Positions 16,969 to 25,744 of a stretch of 32,000 nt of DNA are shown piece by piece. The stretch lies in contig NJBF01000040.1 in NCBI GenBank assembly GCA_003144275.1, positions 1-32,000 on the forward strand, written 5' to 3'. The notes below the pieces were generated by a model. That model ran no database searches and was not told the DNA's origin. It was given only the letters and a program-made list of their open reading frames with translations. Origin of the DNA: Candidatus Heimdallarchaeota archaeon B3_Heim (GTDB lineage: Archaea > Asgardarchaeota > Heimdallarchaeia > Hodarchaeales > Hodarchaeaceae). A program made the translations under genes and the position numbers. Each line of letters opens with the position of its first letter. The stretch's first letter is position 1.

Positions 16969-17574
16969 TTATGGCAAGTCCATTGCCTTCAGAAAGTCTT
17001 CGAGAGCTAGTAATACATTCCAAGCAATTTCCTGACGCATCAATAAACGGGAAAGTTCCATATTTAGTTCCAACTTAATAGTGGTACTTTTGGTTACCGT
17101 GTCAATTGCCAAGAAAACCTCTCCAGCTCTTTTTTGTGTTCGGCGACTTTTAAAATTTGTAGGTAACATTCCAGTCTCCGCAAGGCCAATCTCAGATTTA
17201 GAGTACTGACGAACTTTTTGTGCAAGAGCATGAGCAGATTGAGGTGATACTGTTCCTGGCCCATCATGGGTTAGCAGATCAGGGGAAAGTCCAAGCTTAA
17301 TTTTCATTTCCGAGGTGTAAGGGGTAATCCCAAGAATAAAAAAGTCAGAGGCTCCACTCTTACCTGTTAAGAGATCACTCACTAACCCACACGTAGTCAG
17401 TTCAACAGTTGAAATTGTTTTTTTGGCTTTGATGAATAAAGGGATTACAAATCTTTGGGAATACTGGTGCAACAAAGAATATCCTTCCCCAACAAGCGAT
17501 TCGTATTCAGCGGTTGAATCTTCTAAGGAGTGTCTTAATTTATCAAGGAATGTTCCTTTAGTAATTCGTAACAC
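16969..17574 (-). CDS. CinA C-terminal / PncC (NMN deamidase)-like protein with a divergent active site
   Basis: TISTVELTTCGLVSDLLT..SGASDFF..GITPYTSEMKIKLG....GTVS....ALA.......IGLAETG follows the PncC pattern. GTG start overlaps the upstream gene by 40 nt. Confidence 0.8.
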   Translation of the reverse strand: MLRITKGTFLDKLRHSLEDSTAEYESLVGEGYSLLHQYSQRFVIPLFIKAKKTISTVELTTCGLVSDLLTGKSGASDFFILGITPYTSEMKIKLGLSPDLLTHDGPGTVSPQSAHALAQKVRQYSKSEIGLAETGMLPTNFKSRRTQKRAGEVFLAIDTVTKSTTIKLELNMELSRLLMRQEIAWNVLLALEDFLKAMDLP

Positions 17575-18560
17575 CTCTTTTCCAAAAATAGATTATTTTT
17601 CACTCGATATTCACTGAGGATACGTGTTTGAATTTTCTTATCATTCCCATTTTTTGAAATGAAATTATGGATAATATCTGAACATTTATTCCGATCTACC
17701 CCTTCTTTAAGCAATATTCTTACGAATATTTGTACAATTATCTGTATTACGATGATGGAAGGATTTTTTGAATAGAGGTGATTTTTATGAATGAACAGTA
17801 ACGTTTGTGAGTTCAAGGAAGAGATCTCAATTGACTGATCTAGTGATAATTGCTTTCTTACCTTTGTGGAACTCTCAAATTGAAATTTCTTTTGTAAAGG
17901 TAAGAAAATTATATTATCAGTCTCTTTTATCGCATTCTGAGATTCAGATGGGAGTGAATTGATATAGAATAAGAAATCGTCAATATCTACGATATCTCCT
18001 CTCCCTGCAACAATGTAATCAGTTTGAAAAATCTCAGGAAGAATATCTCTCAGTGGTTTGGAATAATAGACCCCCTGGAATAATTTGTCAAATACATCAA
18101 TGCCCATAATATAGGTGTTTTTACTTAATTTTTGTAACAATCGCTTAATGGCTACTGTTAGATCAATATATCGTCCACTGTTGGAAATTCCAATCATCCA
18201 TGGTACACTAAGATCTGTTTGTGACAACAAACTTTCCAACATTTCAACACGTAAGCCTAATAATGAGTGAATGAATAAATCTGTCTCCTTTTCCACGTGA
18301 GACAGCGAAAGAAGAACCATGAGAGCTACTTTAGCATTAGGTAATTGTTTTTGATATAAAGAAATTGATTGATTGATTAATTCAGTATGAGAAAGGAGTG
18401 GGGGGTCAAAAGATCCCTGAATAACCAATATATGATCATAATGGTTACTGTCTGTATTGCCCCTTACTATGTGAATAAGAGGCCCTTGGGTCTTGAAATC
18501 TTGTAGAAGTTTTTGGGCTATCCACTCTACTTCAATAGTCGATTTTAGATACTTTTCCAT
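17535..18560 (-). CDS. HIGH-superfamily nucleotidyltransferase (NadD/NMNAT-like, Pof1-like)
   Basis: VIQGSFDPPLLSH (HxGH-equivalent), HVEK, LRVEML, GRYID, YIMGIDVFDKLF...YY, IVAGRG, ESSTKVR. Confidence 0.8.
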   Translation of the reverse strand: MEKYLKSTIEVEWIAQKLLQDFKTQGPLIHIVRGNTDSNHYDHILVIQGSFDPPLLSHTELINQSISLYQKQLPNAKVALMVLLSLSHVEKETDLFIHSLLGLRVEMLESLLSQTDLSVPWMIGISNSGRYIDLTVAIKRLLQKLSKNTYIMGIDVFDKLFQGVYYSKPLRDILPEIFQTDYIVAGRGDIVDIDDFLFYINSLPSESQNAIKETDNIIFLPLQKKFQFESSTKVRKQLSLDQSIEISSLNSQTLLFIHKNHLYSKNPSIIVIQIIVQIFVRILLKEGVDRNKCSDIIHNFISKNGNDKKIQTRILSEYRVKNNLFLEKRCYELLKEHSLIN

Positions 18561-18724
18561 CTATTTTCTCCACGTAATAACAAAAAAAATCAGGTAACTG
18601 TTTCAATCTGTTATCAGAAAACACGAGTTAAAATATTCGTGTGTGACTCAAAAGGACAAACCCAAACCTTTTTTCTCATAGCTTAAAACTCGCTATTCGC
18701 TATCTATTATGGAAGTGTCAATCA

Positions 18725-19804
18725 ATGATTGAAGAAACAGAATTTCTAGACTTGTTTATTCCAGGACCAGTTAATGTATCAAAGGATAGTCGTGAAATGA
18801 TGACTTATCCAATGATTGCTCATCGAAGTAATACCATGAGCGAATTACATAATGATATCGCACATTACTTGCAGAAAATGCTCTTTACTACCAACCAGAT
18901 AATTCTCTCTACTTCTTCATCAACGGGATTAATGGAAGCAGCGATGCGGAATTGTGTAAATAAGAATTCAGTACTAAATGTAGTAAACGGGGCATTTGCT
19001 GAACGATGGAGTAAAATCGGTTCGGCAAACGGAAAAAAAACGGATATTCTACAAATTGACTGGGGAAAGGCAGTAACACCTAAACAATTACAAGAAAAGC
19101 TTGAAAGTAATACATACGACGCAGTCTGTCTAACACATAATGAGACATCAACTGGCGTTGCTACACCACTTCAAGATTTATATAAAACTGTTAAAGACAA
19201 TAATTGTCTTCTTCTGGTTGATGCTGTATCTGGGGCAGGTGGATTAGAGGCCCGAATTGATGATTGGGAGATCGACGTTTACCTATTTGGACTTCAAAAA
19301 TGTATTGCCCTCTCTCCAGGTCTAGCTGTTGCCTCAGTGTCAGATGCTGCATTAGAGATGGCAAAAAAAACTCCAAATCGAGGATTATATTTTGACTTCT
19401 TAGATCTCAAGAAATATCATGATCGTGGCATGCAACCAGCGACCCCTGTTATTCCTATCTACTATCAACTTCAATACAAGCTCCATCAGATCGTTGATGA
19501 AGAAGGAATAGAAAACCGGTGGGCACGACATCAACAATTGGCAGATTATACCCGAGATTGGGTGAAAAGTAAGAAGTTGTCACTATTTGCAGAGGAGGCG
19601 GTTGCTTCAAATACCGTTACCTGTGTAAACAGTAAAGGTATTGATGTAGCAAAGCTCAAAGCAGATCTCATGAAAAAAGGCTATTTCTTCGCAACAGGAT
19701 ATGGAAAATTCAAAGAAACTAATTTTCGTATTGCACACATGGGGGATCGTACATTAGACGAAGTGAAAGCCTATTTAACCACAATTGAAGAATTGACGAG
19801 TTAA
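18725..19804 (+). CDS. Class V PLP aminotransferase (serine-pyruvate/alanine-glyoxylate type)
   Basis: FIPGPV, AHRS, SSSTGLME, NGAFAERW, HNETSTGV, VDAVS, GLQKC (PLP lysine), FRIAHMG. Confidence 0.92.
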   Translation: MIEETEFLDLFIPGPVNVSKDSREMMTYPMIAHRSNTMSELHNDIAHYLQKMLFTTNQIILSTSSSTGLMEAAMRNCVNKNSVLNVVNGAFAERWSKIGSANGKKTDILQIDWGKAVTPKQLQEKLESNTYDAVCLTHNETSTGVATPLQDLYKTVKDNNCLLLVDAVSGAGGLEARIDDWEIDVYLFGLQKCIALSPGLAVASVSDAALEMAKKTPNRGLYFDFLDLKKYHDRGMQPATPVIPIYYQLQYKLHQIVDEEGIENRWARHQQLADYTRDWVKSKKLSLFAEEAVASNTVTCVNSKGIDVAKLKADLMKKGYFFATGYGKFKETNFRIAHMGDRTLDEVKAYLTTIEELTS

Positions 19805-19975
19805 ATTAATGAGAATTTAGAGCTACTTATGATTTCAATTGTGCTTATATCGCATCAAGAGAGACAGAGGTTACTTCAAATAAGACCGTCAGAATTCGCA
19901 GATGTTATAAAGGCTTAAATTTTGATGACAGGTACTACTATTCAAAAATGAGATTAACGTCGGACAGTATCAGCA

Positions 19976-22288
19976 GTGGCTGAAATATTTGATGCAATCA
20001 TCCTTGGCAAAGTAAATCCTTTCCGGAGTACCTCAATTGGGGATCCTTGGCAGACGGATGTAATTGATGTACCTGAGTACAACGAGAAAGCAACACGTAT
20101 CGTACTGGAAACTCTAGATGAAGTACGTTCCACAGGACGATCAGGTATGTGCATGATCTTAGGGGATGCTGGAGTAGGTAAAACACATGTTCTAGCGCGT
20201 TTACGTCGCATTGCTGAAGAAAATAAGTACTTATTTGTGAGTGTACGCCCTCTTGGTGACCTAACCAGAATTTACGGCCATATTCTCCAAGAATTGATGA
20301 TATCTCTCAGAAAAAAGGATGAGGAGGATCAATACAGCCCATTAGAACATTTTATTGGTGATGTTATTTCACGGGCATTAAGCGATGGTCTGCCAGATAA
20401 CCCTTCAGCGCAACATCTAGCCTCCAGCTTTGACCAAAATCCGATGAAAATCTTTTCTTATAAGCCTGAACGATTCTATTCATCAAATCTGAGGAAAATG
20501 GCTATCAATTATCTCGCTTCTTCCGCTCCCGACATCGATATACAATTTTTAGAAGTTCTGTTCCATGTTCTGAACCCCACCATGCGTGCTACAGCTTTCA
20601 AGTGGTTATCTGGGATAGAAATTTCCCAAAAAGATTTGGATAGATTAGAAGTTCCTCATTCGATTAATTCCGAGAATCGAGCATTATCGATCATTCAAAC
20701 AATAGCCTCACTCGCTCAAAGACCTATCTTACTTTCATTTGACCAATTAGAGTCAATATATATTCGTTTTAAGCGTGATAATGGCATTCAACTTTTATTT
20801 GATTCATTAACTAATCTATATAACCAATGTCGGCATCTTCTCGTTCTTGCTATGTGTCAATCACTTGTTTGGAATGAATCCATCACCAAAGAAGTTCCAG
20901 AATATGCCCGTCAGCGTATTGACTATATCACACGTCTAGAACGGTTGTCACACAAAAATGCGGTGGCTTTAGTTAAAGCACGTTTTGATACCATGTTTTT
21001 AGATTCGGGAGTTATCCCTCCGTACGCTACTTACCCCTTTAAAGATGATTTTATTGCTAAAACCGCTGATAAAACCGATGGAAATCCACGATTGTTCCTT
21101 CGACATTTAAGGGATCGAATAAACGAATTTAAAGATCAAGGAGAAATCCGAGAACTTACAGTGGTAGATATTACAACAGAAGTTCAAAAGGAAGCTGTTG
21201 CTGGGGTTCCCCCTATGACTCCGGATGAGGTTGTTTCGGCAGCTTCTTCGTCGCTTTCTCAAGATAGCGTAAATGCTTTACAATCCTTATCTGAAGTAGA
21301 GAAAGAAGCTCTTACCGGATTATTCACTGAACCAGATATGATGTCGGTCGAACCAGCTCCACTAGCCACAAGAGCTGAAGAAGCATTAGAAGTTTTAGAT
21401 GATTTGGCCCCAGTGATGCCTTCTTCATCAACACCAACTGAAATAATTTCTTTTCTCGAATCAAAATGGGCAAAATATGCCCAAGAATTTGAAATGGAAA
21501 TATTTGCTTTTCCCCATCCAGTTCGCCGAGATTTCTGCAAGGGAGTTCTTTATGAAATCTTAAACGCAGCCATCGAGAAAAAGCGTCCGATTTATGGAAT
21601 CAATCTACTGAACGTGCGCATCGATCGGAATCTTGTTGAGAAAGATACCAAAGGATTGGACCTTGTATTTACATATCAAACTCCTCGTGGGCCAACTTCA
21701 GTGGGCATTGAAATAAATAACAGTGAACACGGCTCCACAGTATTTCAGAGTCTTCGTCGGTTAAAAAAATTAGTAAAGGGTAATATTCGGTATGCCTTTA
21801 TTCTCAGAGATGAAGAATTGTCTCTACAAAGGACCGCTACAAAATCTTTGGATCTCGCTGAATCTTTAACCGATTATGGCGGTCTCTATTACATAGATTT
21901 TCTATCAAATCAAGCTTTACTCGCTACGAAGAAATTACTTGATCTAGCGTCTGCTGGCGATTTAGTTTTAGGATCACAGACTGTAAGTAGAAATCAAGCA
22001 TTATCATTTATCTTTGAGGAATGTTTAAGTCGAATAACAATTTTTCAAACAGTATTCTCTCATTTACAATCTTCTCAGGAACCCGGTGTTCGAAGAACGG
22101 GTTACACGTCCGAATCATCTGAAGCAGTTGAAGCAATTGTCACCATTCTGAAATTTAATCCTAGGATGACAACTGATCGTTTATGTATGCTTCTCAATCG
22201 TAATGAGCAAGAATTAAACCCGATTCTAAAAATGCTTGCCATCCGCGGTTTGATTTCATTCGATGGCAAAAATATTAATTTGCTTTAA
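19976..22288 (+). CDS. AAA+ (Cdc6/ORC/STAND-like) ATPase with acidic linker, restriction-endonuclease-like domain and C-terminal winged helix
   Basis: Walker A GDAGVGKT, Walker B LLSFDQLE, ARQRI, GNPR; ~95-aa acidic/Ser/Pro linker; 'LDLVF...VGIEINN' segment; terminal 50 aa with wHTH pattern. Confidence 0.75.
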   Translation: MAEIFDAIILGKVNPFRSTSIGDPWQTDVIDVPEYNEKATRIVLETLDEVRSTGRSGMCMILGDAGVGKTHVLARLRRIAEENKYLFVSVRPLGDLTRIYGHILQELMISLRKKDEEDQYSPLEHFIGDVISRALSDGLPDNPSAQHLASSFDQNPMKIFSYKPERFYSSNLRKMAINYLASSAPDIDIQFLEVLFHVLNPTMRATAFKWLSGIEISQKDLDRLEVPHSINSENRALSIIQTIASLAQRPILLSFDQLESIYIRFKRDNGIQLLFDSLTNLYNQCRHLLVLAMCQSLVWNESITKEVPEYARQRIDYITRLERLSHKNAVALVKARFDTMFLDSGVIPPYATYPFKDDFIAKTADKTDGNPRLFLRHLRDRINEFKDQGEIRELTVVDITTEVQKEAVAGVPPMTPDEVVSAASSSLSQDSVNALQSLSEVEKEALTGLFTEPDMMSVEPAPLATRAEEALEVLDDLAPVMPSSSTPTEIISFLESKWAKYAQEFEMEIFAFPHPVRRDFCKGVLYEILNAAIEKKRPIYGINLLNVRIDRNLVEKDTKGLDLVFTYQTPRGPTSVGIEINNSEHGSTVFQSLRRLKKLVKGNIRYAFILRDEELSLQRTATKSLDLAESLTDYGGLYYIDFLSNQALLATKKLLDLASAGDLVLGSQTVSRNQALSFIFEECLSRITIFQTVFSHLQSSQEPGVRRTGYTSESSEAVEAIVTILKFNPRMTTDRLCMLLNRNEQELNPILKMLAIRGLISFDGKNINLL

Positions 22289-22305
22289 ATCCAAGAAAAT
22301 TAAAA

Positions 22306-22767
22306 TTATGAGATTTCCCATGGCTTAAACGCAAATTTTTGGGGAAATCGTTTTCGTTCTATGAAAAATTGCCCTTTTTTGGTTATCAGAGATAAAAATT
22401 CTAGCTCCTTTTGAGTTTCTGCTGTATCCCGTCCATTAATAGATATTAATTCTTCGATTGGGACAAAATCATTAGAAAGATTTTGAATTAAGAGATCAAG
22501 TCCTTTAATATAATCAATTCGAATTCTTGATTGATTACGTTCTATGTTAAATGGAGAAACAATAATTTTCCAATTTCCATCGGATTCAACAACTTTTCCA
22601 AAGGAAGTTAGATAAACCATCAATTTAAGTACTTCACTTGCATCTGGACTGCAAGATCCAATCGTTCGAGCAATTTGAAAGGAGGAAAGTCCTTTATCAA
22701 TTCCTTCAAACATTTCAACGATTCGTGGCATCCATTTAAAAGGATATTTACGCTCATCGATTCTCAT
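22306..22767 (-). CDS. Hypothetical protein, probably tandem winged-helix
   Basis: Two similar halves ending 'EVLKLMVYLTSFGKVVE' and 'ETQKELEFLSLITKKGQFFIE'; ATG start with GGAGAG upstream. Confidence 0.65.
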   Translation of the reverse strand: MRIDERKYPFKWMPRIVEMFEGIDKGLSSFQIARTIGSCSPDASEVLKLMVYLTSFGKVVESDGNWKIIVSPFNIERNQSRIRIDYIKGLDLLIQNLSNDFVPIEELISINGRDTAETQKELEFLSLITKKGQFFIERKRFPQKFAFKPWEIS

Positions 22768-22860
22768 AACTGCTCTCCACGTTATACTATGTCATTCGAA
22801 AGATAATTCGACAGTTGAGACTCCAATTATTAGATATTCTTTAGATTTTTCGTACACATC

Positions 22861-23067
22861 GGTTCTTCCTCGAAAAATGTAATAGTTAAAGAAATATGGT
22901 CGTCAGGAGTAATGGGTGAGAATACTAAAGAACATTCACTATTTCTCCAGTTGTCCAATGAACGAATTTTAATCGTAACAGGATGTAGTCACCCGTCTCT
23001 AACTCAATTTTTGAATAGTGCACGTACTTTAGACAAAAACCACGGTATTTTAGATAGGTTTCATTAG
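22861..23067 (+). pseudogene. Remnant of a COG1237-type metallo-beta-lactamase-fold hydrolase
   Basis: Hand translation: ...EIWSSGVMGENTKEHSLFLQLSNERILIVTGCSHPSLTQFLNSARTLDKNHGILDRFH*. This matches 'STGE.G..EQSL...VTGCSHPG...GGFH'. The HxHxDH N-terminal half is absent, in-frame stops flank it, and GGFH has decayed to DRFH. Confidence 0.75.
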
Positions 23068-23108
23068 CTTAAAGAATTACTAATGATCATAATAAATCTC
23101 ATTATACT

Positions 23109-23906
23109 TTAATCAGGTGTAATCGGCCGATAACCCTCCAGATCAAGGGTGACATAGCGATAACCCAATTTTTTCAACTCCTGTACGATCAAGGTGATAT
23201 CTTTTGTGCAGATATCTTTAATCGACTCTGGAGCTAACTCAATACGTGCAAGATTTCCATGATTACGTATTCTTAGCTGGGATGATAAGTTTAATGTCCG
23301 TAGGAAGGTTTCAGCATTTTCTACTCGTGTTAGACCTTTAATCGATATATCTTCTCCATACGGAATTCTTGAAGCAAGACACGCCATCGCAGGTTTCTTC
23401 GCAACGGATAATTCATAAAATTCAGCAATTTGCCGAACTTCCAGTTTAGTAAGTCCACCTTGGCGTAAAGGGCTGTATACAGATAAAGTTTCAAGAGCTT
23501 TCAATCCTGGCCTATGACCATCTGTATCAGAGGCGTTAGTCCCATCAACAACAATTTCATAGCCTTCTCTCATCGCTAAATCATGTAATTGTGAAAAAAT
23601 TAATCTCTTACAATGAAAACAACGATCAGGAGGGTTTTTCCAGAAAATATGCTCCTTATTCACCTTTACATTTAACACTTCATGAGGGAGATCCAGTTGG
23701 TTCGCAATTTCCTTTGCTTCGTCTATTTCCTGCCTTGATATCCACTCAGAAGTGACCGTAATAAGTTTTAAATTGCTAGTAACGTCTTGTATAATTCTAG
23801 CAACGACAGTACTATCAACTCCTCCCGAAAAAGCAATAAGAACCGCTTTACCAACGAGAGGAGAAATGGCTTGAGTAATTTTATATTTTAGTGCAGTTGT
23901 TAACAT
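23109..23906 (-). CDS. larE: LarE-family ATP-dependent sulfur transferase (PP-loop)
   Basis: AFSGGVDS, NPPDRCFHCK, DGTNASD...RPG, SPL, ACLASRIPYG, RIRNHGNLARIE, YVTLDLEGY. Confidence 0.92.
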   Translation of the reverse strand: MLTTALKYKITQAISPLVGKAVLIAFSGGVDSTVVARIIQDVTSNLKLITVTSEWISRQEIDEAKEIANQLDLPHEVLNVKVNKEHIFWKNPPDRCFHCKRLIFSQLHDLAMREGYEIVVDGTNASDTDGHRPGLKALETLSVYSPLRQGGLTKLEVRQIAEFYELSVAKKPAMACLASRIPYGEDISIKGLTRVENAETFLRTLNLSSQLRIRNHGNLARIELAPESIKDICTKDITLIVQELKKLGYRYVTLDLEGYRPITPD

Positions 23907-23923
23907 AATTCTATACTCCTGTT

Positions 23924-24976
23924 CTATTTTTTTATTCTAGCTCCAGGAACAACATGACCAGAATACACCACTCCCCCGGAAAGCTCCATAGCTTGTTGTA
24001 CTTCTTTCTCACACCCTGGACAAAAAGCAATCATACATCCTCCATTTCCACTCCCCGTTATTTTGCATCCTAATGCGCCTGCTTCTTTAGCAGCCTTAAT
24101 CATCTTTTCAATCTTTGGTGTACTAATGTGAAGAAGATCCTTGAGCGATGTGTGATGAGAATTAATTAGATCTCCAATAACTTGATGGTTAAAATTTCCT
24201 TTGTTTGTCTTAAATTCAGAGTAGGCACTTTTAGTAATATTAAAGTTCTGGACTGCAGCTGTTAGGCAGGATCGAGCATACACATCTCTAATTTCTTCAG
24301 GATTAAACTTTGACTTATCAATATCCATAATACTGTTTGATCCAAGTTCATGAAGAGCATTATTAACGCCTTGTTTGATCATTGCTAATGTAGTCAGAGT
24401 ATCCTTTTTTTCTTGGGAATCACCAATCAATAAGCTAGGGAATGAATCCAAAAGCTTCGTACACCGAACAGGATTAAATTCCTCATAATTGACAAAACCA
24501 TGAGCAATCACCATGTGATCCTGCATTCCTCCAGGTTCATTAAATTCTACGACTTCTGCTTGATAAGCGAATTCAGTCAGTTCCATTGGAGACAATGAGT
24601 GATCAAATAGCTCGGACAAGAATTTGAGCCATACAACTACCAAAGCACTGGAGGACGACAAACCTGCCTGAATTGGAATTCCACTCTGAATCTGAGCATT
24701 TATACCAATTTTGTGGGGAAGAATTCCCTCTCGTTGAAGAATACGAACGCTTGACTGAAGATAAGCCCTTTCTGGGAGAGGGTTATCCATAGTTGGGGTA
24801 AATGATTCTACATATCCTAAATCATCTAGTATTATCGAAATACGTGAACCTTGAGCTTTCTGACCACTAACTTCGATTTGTAAATCAATAGCTGCTGGGA
24901 TAACTGGTAAACCTAAATAATCCTGATGTTCTCCGAAAAGTACGATTCTTCCTGGCGCAGAAGCTTTTAAAACCAT
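23924..24976 (-). CDS. GHMP kinase, galactokinase-like
   Basis: APGRIVLFGEHQDY, IPIQAGLSSSSA, GCKITGSGNGGC. Confidence 0.88.
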   Translation of the reverse strand: MVLKASAPGRIVLFGEHQDYLGLPVIPAAIDLQIEVSGQKAQGSRISIILDDLGYVESFTPTMDNPLPERAYLQSSVRILQREGILPHKIGINAQIQSGIPIQAGLSSSSALVVVWLKFLSELFDHSLSPMELTEFAYQAEVVEFNEPGGMQDHMVIAHGFVNYEEFNPVRCTKLLDSFPSLLIGDSQEKKDTLTTLAMIKQGVNNALHELGSNSIMDIDKSKFNPEEIRDVYARSCLTAAVQNFNITKSAYSEFKTNKGNFNHQVIGDLINSHHTSLKDLLHISTPKIEKMIKAAKEAGALGCKITGSGNGGCMIAFCPGCEKEVQQAMELSGGVVYSGHVVPGARIKK

Positions 24977-25256
24977 TTTACTTCATCTACTAGGTGTTTA
25001 GAAGGTCACCATTGTGTAAATATTACCTAATTCTTTGAAATCTCTCAGATTACGAAAGACCTACTTAGGTTATAAGAAAGATTTTTCGATTTTTTCGGAT
25101 TTTGATGAGAAGTTCTAGATTGATTATTTCTATGCAAATTATCGATAATTAAAACTAGGGAGGATTATGTCGGAAAATTATTGCTTATTTATGCTTTATG
25201 TCGAATCTTTTCAGGCAGAACACAATTTATTCTCTTCTGTGAATCGTACATATGTA

Positions 25257-25291
25257 GTCAGTAGATTACTGACATATTATACGATATTATA
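25257..25291. promoter_or_regulatory. Palindrome plus tandem TATA-like element upstream of the REase-like gene
   Basis: GTCAGTA-gat-TACTGAC (25257-25273), followed by ATATTATA twice at a 10-bp period (25274-25281 and 25284-25291). Confidence 0.35.
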
Positions 25292-25344
25292 AATAAGAAA
25301 TCAGTGAATTATCTGAAGTTAATCCTTTAAGTGAGAAATAGATC

Positions 25345-25725
25345 ATGACAATGAACATTTTATCAGATAACCTCCAAGAGTTAACTGTTACAGTTTTTGA
25401 ATCACTTGGATTTTCCACACATCATCCAGCTTTAATCTTTCAACACCCTCTTGCAGATTCCCGCTTGAATTTAGTAGTCAAATTACCGAATTCAACTGAT
25501 TTTGTCGGAGTTGCGATAAGGGACTTCAAACGAGTCGTGGGTATTAGACAGATAAGGTGTGTTGAAGAACTCATTGTAGCTTGTCCAGAAATTTCAAAAT
25601 TAATTGTTGTTTCATCCATGGGCTTTTCTTCAGCAGCAAAAAAGCTTGCAGAAGAGTTAGATATCAGTTTAGCAACAAAAAATGAACTAATTTCAATGCT
25701 TGTCAAACGCATTGAATTATCTTAA
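25345..25725 (+). CDS. Stand-alone Mrr-like (restriction endonuclease fold) domain with degenerate PD-(D/E)xK motif
   Basis: LQELTVTVFESLGF...LNLVVK...VGVAIRDFKRVVGIRQIR...KLIVVSSMGFSSAAKKLAEELDISL follows the Mrr_cat pattern. Confidence 0.75.
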   Translation: MTMNILSDNLQELTVTVFESLGFSTHHPALIFQHPLADSRLNLVVKLPNSTDFVGVAIRDFKRVVGIRQIRCVEELIVACPEISKLIVVSSMGFSSAAKKLAEELDISLATKNELISMLVKRIELS

Positions 25726-25744
25726 TTTTTACTACAAATATTAA

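Noticed and set aside
19976-22288. BREX BrxC/BrxD or a true Cdc6/Orc1
   Set aside because: No pglX/pglZ/brx neighbours; Walker B is DQLE; the extra linker and REase-like domain and the length do not fit Orc1/Cdc6.
22306-22767. ESCRT-II Vps25
   Set aside because: Lacks the N-terminal PPxF-type motifs and no ESCRT genes are adjacent; only the tandem wHTH layout is shared.
25167-25292. 41-aa ORF after GGAGG (MSENYCLF...)
   Set aside because: RBS spacing is only 3 nt, there is no recognisable motif, and it overlaps the putative promoter elements.
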